Positions 23,499-36,204 of a DNA stretch of 64,000 bases are shown here, one piece after another; position 1 is the stretch's first letter; each line of letters starts with the position of its first letter. The notes under the pieces were generated by a model. It was not told the DNA's origin. It saw nothing but the letters and a program-made list of their open reading frames with translations, and searched no databases. This stretch comes from Macrostomum lignano (lineage: Eukaryota). Position numbers and translations under genes: made by a program. The stretch covers positions 62,001-126,000 of the forward strand of contig NIVC01001401.1 in the NCBI GenBank assembly GCA_002269645.1, read 5' to 3'.

Positions 23499-26400
23499 AC
23501 GCTGTCCAACAGTCGCAGCTTGGCGCGCACGCTGCTATTCGGGGCCGGCAGCGACCGTCGCCTGCGCTTGGATTCGGACAGCCGGCGGAGCAGCTGACGG
23601 TCGGCCAGCTCGGAGACCTGCCGGGCCGAGGGTCGGCAGCCCGGGGATTGGCGAAGGCACTGGCCGAGCAGCTCCCGGCTGTGGCAGCGGTGGGCGAGAT
23701 GAAGGGGACGGTGCAGATGGAAGCTGGGTGAGCATGCAGGGTGCTGGCAGTGTGCCAGGGAGAGCTTGGGGTCATGGACTTTGAGAGGGGTCAAAGATAA
23801 CAATAATAATAATTGCAGGAGTGCCCTGGCGCAACGCCAACCAGCGCGAGCACATTCAAACACGCCAATACGCCAGTACAGTACGCGGGCACGCACTCTG
23901 CAACCAAGGGTGTCGAGGCACGAGAGACAGCCGCTTTCACCGCTGAACTGCTCTGTCTCCGGAGGTGATGGAGGGTTACCGTCTATTAGGAAGGTGATGG
24001 CCATTAAGCGGGTCATAGATGTTCCTTCGAATGTTAATTAGAAGGTCCTCGAAGAGATTCTCGAAGGTCACAATCAATACGAGGGGTCACGTGGTCATGT
24101 GAATAAAGTAATTGACAAGGTCGGGTGTTCACATTTATTTATCAACAGACCGCACACTCGCAGCTAGATGGCTACTTCATTGAGTTTGAGCAAGCGGGCA
24201 GCTAGTTGAGAACTCACAGCGAGTCGCCCGCCTCGCAACCGCTTTCGCAGCCGCCGATGATGGCCTCAGAGGCCTCCCGGAGCAGCCCGGCGCTCAGGTC
24301 GATTCTGCCGGCTGCCAGCTCGGTCAGCAGCTGAGCATCCGACAGTCGCCTGTGCGGTAGCTCAGCCAAGGTGCACAATTCCAGCAATAGCACTCCGAGG
24401 GACCTGCGGGTGCCGCATTTCAAGTTAGAAGGGGCGCTAGAAGGGGTGCTAGAAGGGGTGCTAGAAGGGGTGCTAGAAGGGGTGCTAGAAGGGGTGCTAG
24501 AAGGGGTGCTAGAAGGGGTGCTAGAAGGGGTGCTAGAAGGGGTGCTAGAAGGGGTGCTAGAAAGGGTGCTAGAAGGGGTGCTAGAAGGGGTGCTAGAAGG
24601 GGTGCTAGAAGGAGTGCTACAAGGGGTGCTAGAAGGAGTGCTAGAAGGAGTACTAGAAGGAGTACTAGAAGGAGTGCTAGAAGGGGTGGTAGAAGGGGTG
24701 CTAGAAGGAGTGCTAGAAGGAGTACTAGAAGGGGTGCTAGAAGGGGTGGTAGAAGGGGTGCTAGAAGGAGTGCTAGAAGGAGTACTAGAAGGGGTGCTAG
24801 AAGGGGTGGTAGAAGGGGTGCTAGAAGGAGTACTAGAAGGGGTGCTATAAGGGGTGGTAGAAGGGGTGCTAGAAGGAGTGCTAGAAGGAGTACTAGAAGG
24901 GGTGCTAGAAGGGGTGGTAGAAGGGGTGCTAGAAGGAGTACTAGAAGGGGTGCTATAAGGGGTGGTAGAATGGGTGCTAGAAGGGGTGCTAGAAGGGGTG
25001 CTAGAATGAGTGCTAGAAGGAGTACTAGAAGGAGTGCTAGAAGGGGTGCTAGAAGGAGTGCTAGAAGGGGTGCTAGAAGAGAACTTTGGAGTGAGCTCAC
25101 GCGGATTAAGGCCGGGCAACTTAATCTAAGGCAGCTTACCAAACGTTGGCTTGAGCTGTCTGGTCAGCCACTGTCACTGCCGCCGCCTTTCCGCAAAGCG
25201 TCTCAGGAGCCAACCAGCGCAAGGGCACAAGATCGCCATTCACGACTCCATAGTCGCTCTGCAGTGTAAGCGACAGCTTTTCTTGACGTTTTTTAATGCC
25301 AGCAAAAAGGCACCAACTGTTATGAAGCTATAGGGTGGTATTCTTTAAATAAAAGATCAAATCTTGAGACCCAAGAATTGAAGGTCAACTTCCCTGTGAC
25401 CCAAGAATTGAAGGTCAACTTCCCTGTGACCCGATAATAGAAGTTCAACTTCCCTGTGACCCGAGTTTCAGAAATACGCGCGGCAAAGTCAGCTACCAAG
25501 AGCCTCACCGGATGCAGAAGCTGTGTGCACCCATAGTCGCCAATTTTCACAACCATGGAGCCGGTTGCTACCTGGTAGTTCCTGGCTCCAACATCCTGAT
25601 AGACGAATCCTTTGTCGTGAAGGGCGGCCAGTCCGCGGCTGGCCTGGGAGGCGAATCGAATCGTCAAGTTGTCAGCCAGAAGCTTGCTGCCGCATGTCAC
25701 AGCGTGTTGGCGCTCGGACAGCAACAGGGACTTCAGGTCGGTCTAAAGGGGTTAATAGCATGAGTTTATAGAGTCTGGCATAACTGTTTGTTTACCTAAG
25801 GATGTTAATATTCGATTTGTTAAGGGTTGTTTACACCCAGTTAACATCTGAGACAGATCAACCTCCAGTTAACACCTGAGACAGATCAACCACCAGTTAC
25901 CACCTCAGACAGATCAACCAGTTACCACCTGAGACAGATCAACCACCAGTCAACACCTGAGACAGATCAACCACCAGTTAACACCTCAGACAGATCAATC
26001 AGTTACCACCTGAGACAGATCAACCTCCAGTTACCACCTGAGACAGATCAACCAGTTAACACCTCAGACAGATCAATCAGTTACCACCTGAGACAGATCA
26101 ACCAGTTACCACCTGAGACAGATCAACCAATTACCACCTGAGACAGATCAATCAGTTACCACCTGAGACAGATCAACCACCAGTTAACACCTCAGACAGA
26201 TCAATCAGTTACCACCTGAGACAGATCAACCTCCAGTTAACACCTCAGACAGATCAACCAGTTAACATCTGAGACAGATCAACCTCCAGTTACCACCTGA
26301 GACAGATCAACCACCAGTTAACACCTCAGACAGATCAACCAGTTACCACTTGAGATAGATCAACCAGTTACCACCTGAGACAGATCAACCACCAGTTACC

Positions 26401-28584
26401 ACCTGAGACAGATCAACCACCAGTTACCACCTGAGACAGATCAACCAGTTACCACCTGAGACAGATCAACCAGTTACCACCTGAGACAGATCAACCACCA
26501 GTTAACACCTGAGACAGATCAACCAGTTACCACCTGAGACAGATCAACCAGTTACCACCTGAGACAGATCAACCAGTTACCACTTGAGACAGATCAACCA
26601 GTTACCACCTGAGACAGATCAACCAGTTACCACTTGAGACAGATCAACCAGTTAACACCTGAGACAGATCAACCAGTTACCACCTGAGACAGATCAACCA
26701 GTTACCACTTGAGACAGATCAACCTCCAGTTATCACCTGAGACAGATCAACCAGTTACCACCTGAGACAGATCAACCACCAGTTACCACCTGAGACAGAT
26801 CAACCAGTTACCACCTGAGACAGATCAACCACCAGTTAACACCTGAGACAGATCAACCAGTTACCACCTGAGACAGATCAACCACCAGTTAACACCTGAG
26901 ACAGATCAACCAGTTACCACCTGAGACAGATCAACCACCAGTTAACACCTGAGGGATATCAACCCGTTATACCTGTAGGACCATAAACTAAATTCATTCT
27001 CAGAGCTGCCCATACAGTGCAGAGTAATCTCAGTAATCTCAGTCTAACTCTCTCGCCCAAGTACCTCGGTACCTCAGCATGTGGCCACACAAATTCCAAG
27101 GCCCTGAGTGTTCTCTAAGATGAGCTCTGCACCCTTTGATAGCGTGCGCCTGCTTTGCGGGCTGCGGGTCAACTGCCACGCTGGTTTGCGGAGGTCCCCA
27201 AAGTTTCTTGTGACAAAACTAACTGGCTAACTAACTATATCCAGGTCAGAATTCAAGCCCCTCACAGCCGCGGCCTCCATCACGGCCAAGCAGGGCTCCT
27301 CCGGGCAGATCGCTAGCAGCCGAAGGACGCACGGATCAGCCGAGCACTCCCGATAGGCCTGCAAATCGGCCAAGAAATGCCGCCTATTCCGGCCTCGACT
27401 GTCGCCGCAGGTGAGCAGCCGGACGATGACCCGGTCGCGGAGGCTCTCGCCGTAGCGGGTGCAGTCGGCTCGAACTACGGGGCCGAACCAGGCCGGGCCG
27501 AGTTCGCTCAGGAAGTACAGGTGCTTCCGGTCCATGCGCAGCGGGTCCGGAGCTTCCGGTCGCGTGTGTTTTAGTGAGTTGGTATGCAGAGTCAGTGCTC
27601 AAGATATTGTAACAGTCTACCCACCAATGCCTGACCCTACAGTCCCTGACCCTACAATGCCTGACCCTACATTGCCTGACCCTACAGTGCCTGACCCTAC
27701 CGTGCCTGACCCTACAGTGCCTGATCCTACAATGCCTGATCCTACAATACCTGACCCTACAGTGCCTGACCTTACAATGCCAGACCCTACAATGCCTGAC
27801 CCTACATTGCCTGACCCTACATAGCCTGACCCTACAGTGCCTGACCCTACCGTGCCTGACCCTACAGTGCCTGATCCTACAATGCCTGACCCTACAATAC
27901 CTGACCCTACAGTGCCTGACCTTACAGTGCCTGACCCTACAATCCTTGACCCTACACTGACTTGTCCATCAATGTCTGACCAGTACCCCTTTCTACAGTA
28001 CCCCCTGCAGTGCTTGAAATAAACTGCCACCGGCACGTTATTAACTAGGGGTCCCAGACTCCTCGCCCCAGCTCACCCAGGATGACTCCTGATGGCGGAG
28101 CAGCCTCAGGCGTTGCTAACCGGACTCGCGGTATCAGGAATCTGGCCGCCGGCTCCAGCATTGCGGCGGTCGGATCCAGCAACAGCTGGCTGCTTGGCCA
28201 TCGACTGCCGTGACTGCCACCAAAGTTACTACTGTTGCTGGAGTCCAACGCTGGCGTTGCCGAAGATGCTTCGATTGACGGAGGCAGAAGAGGAAATGTC
28301 GGTGTAGTGGGCTGCGTCTGAACTGGCGACTCCGATTGCGGTGTGAAAACCTGTTCAAAATAGAATTTTGCACATTTATTGCCATTATCAATCGTGGTGA
28401 CAAACGTTCAATATGAGCTCTGAATCAATAAAGCAATAATTACCCTGTATTTATTGGCCTTAACGCAGCGTGGCACGCAGAGAATGATAAATAGTGCAAG
28501 AACCAAGATGCAGCCAGCAACAGTCAGCAGCAGAATAAAGCCACACAGCTGAGAATTATTCGTAAACTCTGCTAGACTTCGCAT
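23492..28584 (-). CDS. LMTK: Lemur tyrosine kinase (LMTK/AATK)-like single-pass membrane kinase, probable pseudokinase, ~475 aa
   Basis: Exons 28584-28444 (ATG, TM helix [24 protein letters not shown]), 28350-28077, 27552-27266, 25742-25509, 25258-25140, 24403-24218, 23678-23492. Phases are consistent and total 1428 nt. Motifs [78 protein letters not shown] and [11 protein letters not shown] parallel AATK/LMTK ([45 protein letters not shown]). The 3' end is less certain. Confidence 0.88.
24425..25085. repeat. 12-bp minisatellite with a 60-bp higher-order repeat (kinase intron)
   Basis: GCTAGAAGGGGT with variants recurring every 5 units. Confidence 0.95.
25365..25463. repeat. 30-bp unit x3 (kinase intron)
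   Basis: CAACTTCCCTGTGACCCAAGAATTGAAGGT. Confidence 0.8.
25838..26955. repeat. 25/28-bp minisatellite (kinase intron)
   Basis: CAGTTACCACCTGAGACAGATCAAC(CAC). Confidence 0.95.
27628..27962. repeat. 15-bp minisatellite (kinase intron)
   Basis: CCTGACCCTACAGTG. Confidence 0.95.
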
Positions 28585-30384
28585 TATGCGTGACTGATTG
28601 TCTTCTTCCTGTAAGCCAGAGAATATTAATAGGAGTGGGAGACTTACGTAAAATACGTTTAATATGTTCGATGAATATGAAGTCTATATACAGGCTTCCT
28701 AAAATTAAGATACATGAACCCACGTACATGTAGAGAAAGGAATTGCATGCACTGAAACTTAATTTGCTCGGGTTTACAGTTCTTTTCTCATGCCTTGCCT
28801 TGCCTAGTTTGACTATCTAACAAGCCAGAGAGCAAGAAAACTCAAGAGCAAGACAGAGGAACCTATGGAAGTGAAGCACGAGAGGATTACTTGGATTAGT
28901 CATAATCGAACAAACGATCGATATTTATAGAGCAGTTATTAAACATTTCAACCAGCTGATCGATTACTATGAATAATTTTTTAAGATAATCGAAAGTGTT
29001 TTATGTATATAGAAGAGGCTTTATTCGAAATTTTAAATTCGAAAACAATATAAGTATCTGAGTTACGCTTATATTTGTTAAAACAGGTAATTCATATTCT
29101 GTATTCAAACTTAAAATTTTCTTCGAACTGGGACTCAAGAGTTAGGACCTGAGAGTGTTTGTTACACTTGACTAACATGAGTGTAAGTATAGCAGAGACA
29201 TCTCTAGCCCTGTACCCGAATTTTTTATTTTAACACATTTTGGTACACATACCAATTTTGACTTAAATAGTTTAAAACTTGCAAGTGTGTCAACGTTTTG
29301 CTATATTGCCTATGACGAAAGCGAGTAGAGGCTTGTGATTGTGATAGTGACCCGTCTAGTTTAGTATTGAATCAATAACTCATGAGCGAAAGGTGTTGAT
29401 CCAAGTAGCGTACGATACACTGTGATTAATAACTTAGCTTAATCTGTTTTTATTTTTTTATGATTTGCGAGAAACATTTGCTACTGTTGTTACCTTGTTG
29501 GCCTGTATCAAAATATAACTTCCTGGCTAATCTATATAACTAAATCTGAAAAGTTTTATCTAGACTAATTAGCAACAAATGGTGGATATTTTTTAATTCT
29601 TGCAAATTTGCTAATCCACTAGGTCTAGTTCCTTTTTTCCAAATTGTTTTCATTTAATATCAGCTTATAAGAAGTTTTTTGCCATTTCTTTTATTTATCT
29701 GCTCTCATCTTAATTTTTTCTAGGCTTATACATTCAGAAGTTTTCAAAATTTTGTCAGGATTCTTAAAAATAATATAATTGTATACCAACTTAAACATTA
29801 TAGTATATTCTTTAACATTGTTTTTTGTTCTTATAAATGTTTTATTACTGTTTAAATATTTATTTTTTCAATGTTTAATTAAGTTGGCTTTTTTATAAAA
29901 CCAAAGTAAGCAATAATTATAAACTGATAATCAAGTAAAGCTTTTCAAACTTTCTTAAATTATATTCTTTGATAAAGCCTCTTTGCTTAGTCGTATGACC
30001 TAGAAATCAATTATTAGCAATTCTTTTAAAAAGTTTATAACAAAGTCAAAGATAAGTCATCTACAAATATTAAATGAATGTTCTTAATAAAAGTAATATA
30101 TATATTTTAGCTTTATAGCTTAAGATGCTATAGTACTTATACCATGCTATTTTTCTGAAAGCATTTTTATCAAATTTTAATTAAGTATACAATAACTAGC
30201 ATATTGAAATAGTAATTTAGTCTGTCTCATTAGGTTATATTTCTATTGTTGCACTGTAATGTCCATTGATTACTGCCTTGTGTGCCAGAATGATATGGAA
30301 TAAAAAAATGATTTGCATCTAACAACTCTACATTAGAGGATCAACAAGAAGTTGCATCCAGCTTGGAAGAGTAATAACTGGAAA

Positions 30385-33300
30385 ATGTCCAATTCATTGG
30401 AATGCCTATCAGAAATTTATCATTTCGACTGCTTGCACAAAGGCAATCCATGCACTCTGACACTGAACCTGATAGACCAGTGCCTGTCCTGGCGTGCTCA
30501 GGCCCACTGCTCTGTCATCTCATCAGGTATGTCTGACATTTTTCTCAACATAAATTTTATAACTCAACAAGAATATTCTAGAGAAATTCCCTTCTCATGG
30601 TCCTGACTCCTGAAAGGGGTGGCAAACAGCTCAAGCAGTAACGCGTCTAACTCTCGCGCTCAACGTACTGGGTTCGAATCCCTGTTCGGTCAATGAGAGT
30701 CAAGGCCAAAGTGCATTACATGTGTTCTGTATAGTACAATACATGTTTACTTAATTAACACGAATAGGTAAGGCTGCCCGTAGCTCTCATTGAACTTGGC
30801 GCACTCAACCCAGTCAGTCACTGTAAGTATGCGCGAAAAGTGCTCGCGTACTCGCAGTCGCAGCTATTTTCTGCATAAGCGCAGAAAACTCTAGCTATCA
30901 CGTACACTGTACGGGTGCAGAAATCTAGCGCTCTCTCTCTTTTTCTTCTTTTCTCCGCCTGTCTTCCCACTTTGCCTGTCTGACTATTTTAACCAAGCTG
31001 TTTAGGCTGTCTATCTGCAATAAGCCAAGTGCGTAGATATTGCTAGAATTCTCTAGAGGGTACATTCAAGAATGCTTATCTTTTCTCTTTACTCCACGTC
31101 TCACTTGAGTTTAGCCTAAATTAAATATAAAAAATGATAAAATAATTATTGATTTCACGTTGCAGCCACTCTACATGTACTATAGTTGTACGCTGGGGAG
31201 TTGTTAATTTGGCTGAACGTTGCTTATCAATTTTTCTTATCTGTTTTCGATCTTGCCTCTTACTGATAGTACGGACAAACGTGCTGACTGAAAGGCTGTT
31301 TTATCTCGCTTAGATTTTCACTTTAGTTCTTTTAGCTAAGTGAAAACGCAGGCACTATTCTCCGTGTGTTGCCTAAACCAGTAGCTTAGTGTAGGAATTT
31401 CAATTAGTTTAATTGTGTGTCTTACAGATTCACACAAGTTCGGTTGATCTGGCTTAGGACTTACTTAAAGCCTTGTGTATCGTGTTCTTGTATTGCTTAT
31501 ATTGGAGTCATGCTACCCAGAGTGACGCCCAGAAATATTAACTAGTTAAAACTCTCAGCCTTAGCCAGTTATTTTTTGGCATGGCAAGTTGGCAACTATT
31601 GTTTTTTCCACACCCGCTCCCTATGATGTACACACTAAGGGTCACAAAATCCCGTATTCTGTCAATCCCGGGATCCCGGGATAGTGACCCCTAGTACACA
31701 CCCATCTCAGTGATGTACACACCCGCTCCCTATGATGTACACCGCTACCCGCTCCGCCAGGCGCGCAGTACCAGCTGGACGACATTCTGCACGCTCAGGC
31801 CACTCCGGATATTTCGGGCAGCCAAAAGCAGCAGCAGAAGCAGCAACAGCAGCAGCAGCAGAAGCAACAGCTCGAGCTGGTGGCGGCTGTACAAACCGGC
31901 GACTGCCGTTGGCGGCTTCAGCAAATCCAGCTGACCGGCCTGTCTGACTGCTCCAGCCTGCTGGCTTTGCTGACGCCCCAGCTGGAGGCCGCGGCTGGTC
32001 GGCACAGGCGGCCGCGCTCCCTGCTGGTGTTCGTCAACCCGGTGAGCGGAGGCGGCGGCGCGGTGCGCCTCTGCGACCGGCTGCTGCGGCCGGCGCTGCG
32101 GCAGTGCCGGGTAGCCGCGCGGTTCGTGCACACGGAACGGCGACACCACGCCAAGGACTTTCTGCTGCAAGAGAAGCTGCAGTCGTTTGACGGGTTGGTT
32201 TCTTTCCTGTTGGACTGCTTGCCACTGAAATGCTACTAGCAGTAGGCTAAGCAGAGAATTTTCTTTTTTTCGGTCTGTGGAAATCGAAGTGCTTGACACT
32301 GAGCTGTCACACACAGCTCAGAAATTATTTGTTGTTTTCCCATTAATTACACTTCCGAGGCTCATTAGTTGCTGGACCAGCCTCACAGATCCTCAGTTTC
32401 TGGGCCAGCCTCAGAGTTTCAGTTTCTGGGCCAGCCTCACAGAGTTTCAGTTTCTGGGCCAGCCTCACAGAGTTTCAGTTTCTGGGCCAGCCTCACAGAG
32501 TTTCAGTTTCTGGGCCAGCCTCACAGAGTTTCAGTTTCTGGGCCAGCCTCACAGAGTTTCAGTTTCTGGGCCAGCCTCAGAGAGTTTCAGTTTCTGGGCC
32601 AGCCTCACAGAGTTTCAGTTTCTGGGCCAGCCTCACAGAGTTTCAGTTTCTGGGCCAGCCTCACAGAGTTTCAGTTTCTGGGCCAGCCTCACAGAGTTTC
32701 AGTTTCTGGGCCAGCCTCACAGAGTTTCAGTTTCTGGGCCAGCCTCACAGAGTTTCAGTTTCTGGGCCAGCCTCACAGAGTTTCAGTTTCTGGGCCAGCC
32801 TCACAGAGTTTCAGTTTCTGGGCCAGCCTCACAAAGTTTCAGTTTCTGGGCCAGCCTCACAGAGTTTCAGTTTCTGGGCCAGCCTCACAGAGTTTCAGTT
32901 TCTGGGCCAGCCTCACAGAGTTTCAGTTTCTGGGCCAGCCTCACAGAGTTTCAGTTTCTGGGCCAGCCTCACAGAGTTTCAGTTTCTGGGCCAGCCTCAC
33001 AGATACTCAGTTGCTGGGCCGCCGCCAATCTCACAGATCCTCATACTGGATATGAACTGGAAAAGCATATCATACATGTAAATCAATTTTTTTGAAATTG
33101 TGATTGATAATATATTCTGAAAGTCATTATCATAGTTCAAATAGCTATGATAATAGAGTTTTTGCTGACATAAAGGCCCAAAGCAAAAATCCAATAAAAT
33201 AAACAGTAGTTCACAAAAAGCATATTTTACAGAAAAGAAGATTGAATAAAATTTAAAATGTGCAGGCATCGGATGGGGCACATCTGTTCGAGCTTAGCTT

Positions 33301-35731
33301 AATCCTTCAATTTTTTATTTCTATTCCAGCATTGTTGGGGTCGGCGGCGACGGCATTTTGTCTGAGCTGTTCCACGGCCTGCTGCTGCGCAAGCGACTGG
33401 ACGAAGGCCTGACTGCTCACACTGTTGACGATCCTGAGCTGCGGCCCGATCACACGATTGGCATTGTGCCAGCTGGTAAATGCGAGCTCCCAGCAAGCGC
33501 TGGGGGGGGGGGTTTCCTTCCCGCAGTCATTGGCGGTTCCCATCCAAGGATAGTTGGGGAATCTTTTTTACCAATCATTAGGGATTCCTCTTTTACAGTC
33601 ATTAGGGATTCCCCTTTTATATTATTTAGGGATTCCCCTTTTACAATAATTAGGGATTCCCTTTTACAGTCATTAAGGATTCCCTTTTTATAATCATTAG
33701 GGATTCCCCTTTTAAATCATTAGGGATTTCCCTTTCACAGTCATTAGAGATTCCCATTTTTACAGTCATCAAGGATTCCCTTTTGAGAGTTACTAGGGAT
33801 TCCCCTTTTACAGATATTAGGGATTTTAGTTTCATAGTCATTAGAGATTCCCATTTTTACAGTCATTAAGGATTCCCCTTTTACAATCATTAGGGATTCC
33901 CCATTTGACAGTCATTAGGGATTCCCTTCCAAAAATCATTTTGGATTCCCTTCCAAAAGTCGTTAGGGATTCCTTTTTATATTCATTAGAGATTCCTTTT
34001 TATAGCCGTAGGGATTCCCTTTTTACAGTCATTTACCTTCTATAAGGTTTTTATTTCCCTTCAGGAGTTTCTTTCCCAACAATTATTTGGATTTCCCTTC
34101 AACAATCATTGGGATTCCCGTTCAAAAATCATTAGGAATTCCCATACGATCATTAAGGATTCCCCGCCAATAATAGTTCGCAAAAAGTAAACTGCAATCG
34201 CCCCTCGCTCCCTGCAGGCAGCACGGACACCGTAGTCCACAGCATCAACGGTACAAGCGACGCTCTCACCGCCATTGTTCAAATAATTCTCGGCCGACGC
34301 GTCGCCATGGACATGGCGTCCGTGTACTCCGATTCCGGCCAGTTCCTGACGTATAATATCAGCCTGCTGGGCTACGGCTATTTTGGCGAGGTGGCCAGGT
34401 CCAGCGAGCCGCTGCGCTGGATGGGGCCGGCCAGGTACGACCTGGTGGGAGCTCACCGGCTGCTCAACCTACGATCTCACGCTCTGGAGATCAGCTTTTT
34501 GGAGGCCGACGGCAGGTGAGCTGCGGGTTGATCTGCGGTTTTGGGGACTGCATCACCAATTCTCCCGGGGTATTTTGGGCTACTTCACCGATTCTCCATG
34601 GGTATTTTGGGCTACTTCACCAATTCTCCATGGGTATTTTGGGCTGCCTCACCGATTCTCCATGGGGGTATTTTGGGCTACCTCACCGATTCTTTATGGG
34701 GGTATGTTGGGCTGCCTCACCGATTCTCCATGGGGATATTTTGGGCTGCCTCACCGATTCTCCATGGGGGTATTTTGGGCTGCCTCACCAATTCTCCATG
34801 GGGGTATTTTGGGCTGCCTCACCAATTCTCCATGGGGGTATTTTGGGCTGCCTCACCGATTCTCCATGGGGATATTTTGGGCTGCCTCACCGATTCTCCA
34901 TGGGGGTATTTTGGGCTACCCCACCGATTCTCCATGGGGGTATGTTGGGCTACCTCACCGATTCTCCATGGGGGTATTTTGGGCTACCTCACCGATTCTC
35001 CATGGGGTATTTTGGGCTACTTTACTAATACTCCCTGGCGGGGAATTTTGGGCTACTTCACCGATTCTCCATGGGGGTATGTTGGGCTACCTCACCGATT
35101 CTCCATGGGGGTATTTTGGGCTACCTCACCGATTCTCCATGGGGTATTTTGGGCTACTTTACTAATTCTCCCTGGCGGGGAATTTTGGGCTACCTCACCG
35201 ATTCTCCGTGGGGGGTATTTTAGATAGATTTTGATGCTATTAAAATTCTGCAGGGTATTTTGCGATGCCATTAAAAGTCCATAGATAGCTATGTTGCATC
35301 GCCATTCCAATTCAGATGCCACGCCGTGTGCACTCGCGACTGCTCAGTCTGCTCATCGGACGCGCTCGCCGAGTGCGCCCCGGAGGCGAAGGAGCAGCAA
35401 CGGCGGCAGCTCCGCACCGTCACCGGTCGCTTCGTCGCCGTCAACAGCTTCCTGATGCCCTGCCGATCGACTAAGAGCGCCGCCGGTGCCGTGCCGTTTG
35501 CCCACCTGGGCGACGGCTGCACCGACCTGGTGCTGGTGCGCGACTGCAGCAAGGCGGAGTTCCTGCGCCACCTGTACCGCGTCAGCAGCTGCCCCGTGCG
35601 CTTGTCCACCGCCGCGGCCGGCGCCTCCGCTATCGACGACTCGCTGCCGCCGCCTCCGCCTACGCCACCCGCACCTGTGGAGCCACAGTTCCAGCTCGAC
35701 TGCGTGCAGGTTGGAAGACTGCTCTGATGGC

Positions 35732-35796
<65 letters not shown>

Positions 35797-35989
35797 GACC
35801 CCAGCACCCACCAACGGGCTTCCACCCCGCACGCAGGTCCACCGAGTGCGCCAGTTTTCCGTGCGCGTTCTGGACAATCCGGCCGGGTCCGTGTGGAACT
35901 GCGACGGGGAAGTGCTGCGGCAGGCCGGCCTGGCGGTCCGCGTGCACCGGCAGCTGCTGCAGCTGTTCGGCTGTCACGTGACTCTCTGA
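30385..35989 (+). CDS. CERK: Ceramide kinase (PH + DAGK-type catalytic domain), 521 aa
   Basis: Exons 30385-30526, 31761-32193, 33330-33475, 34218-34515, 35316-35709, 35837-35989 total 1566 nt with consistent phases. Motifs: RPRSLLVFVNPVSG, GIVGVGGDG, IGIVPAGSTD, LLGYGYFG, RWMGPARYD, CERK-type Cys cluster CHAVCTRDCSVC, AHLGDG.TDLVLV, WNCDGEVL..VRVHRQLLQLF. AATAAA at ~36020. Exon 1 is the least certain. Confidence 0.93.
30620..30695 (+). mobile_element. Degenerate tRNA-like SINE head in CERK intron 1
   Basis: AGCTCAAGCAG (A-box-like) … ACTCTC … GGGTTCGAATCCCTGTTCGGTCA (B-box); same layout as the 20.2 kb copy; cloverleaf not intact. Confidence 0.45.
31635..31693. mobile_element. Miniature inverted-repeat element (~58 bp)
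   Basis: TA-(A/G)GGGTCAC … GTGACCCC-TA terminal inverted repeats around ATCCCGGGATCCCGGGAT; sits between two copies of ACACCCGCTCCCTATGATGTACAC. Confidence 0.35.
32380..33010. repeat. 28-bp minisatellite (CERK intron 2)
   Basis: AGCCTCACAGAGTTTCAGTTTCTGGGCC, highly homogeneous. Confidence 0.97.
33545..34170. repeat. Degenerate ~25-bp minisatellite (CERK intron 3)
   Basis: ATTAGGGATTCCCCTTTTACAGTC. Confidence 0.9.
34548..35222. repeat. 33-34-bp minisatellite (CERK intron 4)
   Basis: GGGGGTATTTTGGGCTGCCTCACCGATTCTCCAT. Confidence 0.95.
35730..35797. repeat. (CTGT)n microsatellite (CERK intron 5)
   Basis: ~17 copies. Confidence 0.95.
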
Positions 35990-36204
35990 CTAATCAGTGC
36001 AACGATTGTCTATTAAAAAAAATAAATTTTCTTTGGTGTTTTTTTGGCGCAAATTTATTAACTATGTTTTTAGTAATTGCGAAACGTGTTCTTTGCACTT
36101 AAGTTTTATTACATTTTTTTCTAGATTTTTTCTGCTTAGCTACCTGTCTCCCGTTTGTGATAATATCGTAACAAAATGTACTTTTGTGATATCATTTTAA
36201 CAGC

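Noticed and set aside
29450-30300. AT-rich stretch tested as a decayed transposase/LINE ORF
   Set aside because: The best frame has ~8 stops in ~115 codons, as expected by chance at this AT content, and no conserved motif was recognised.
30620-30695. Possible functional tRNA gene (also 20135-20210)
   Set aside because: The T-arm is recognisable but the acceptor and D stems do not pair; treated as a SINE head or pseudogene.
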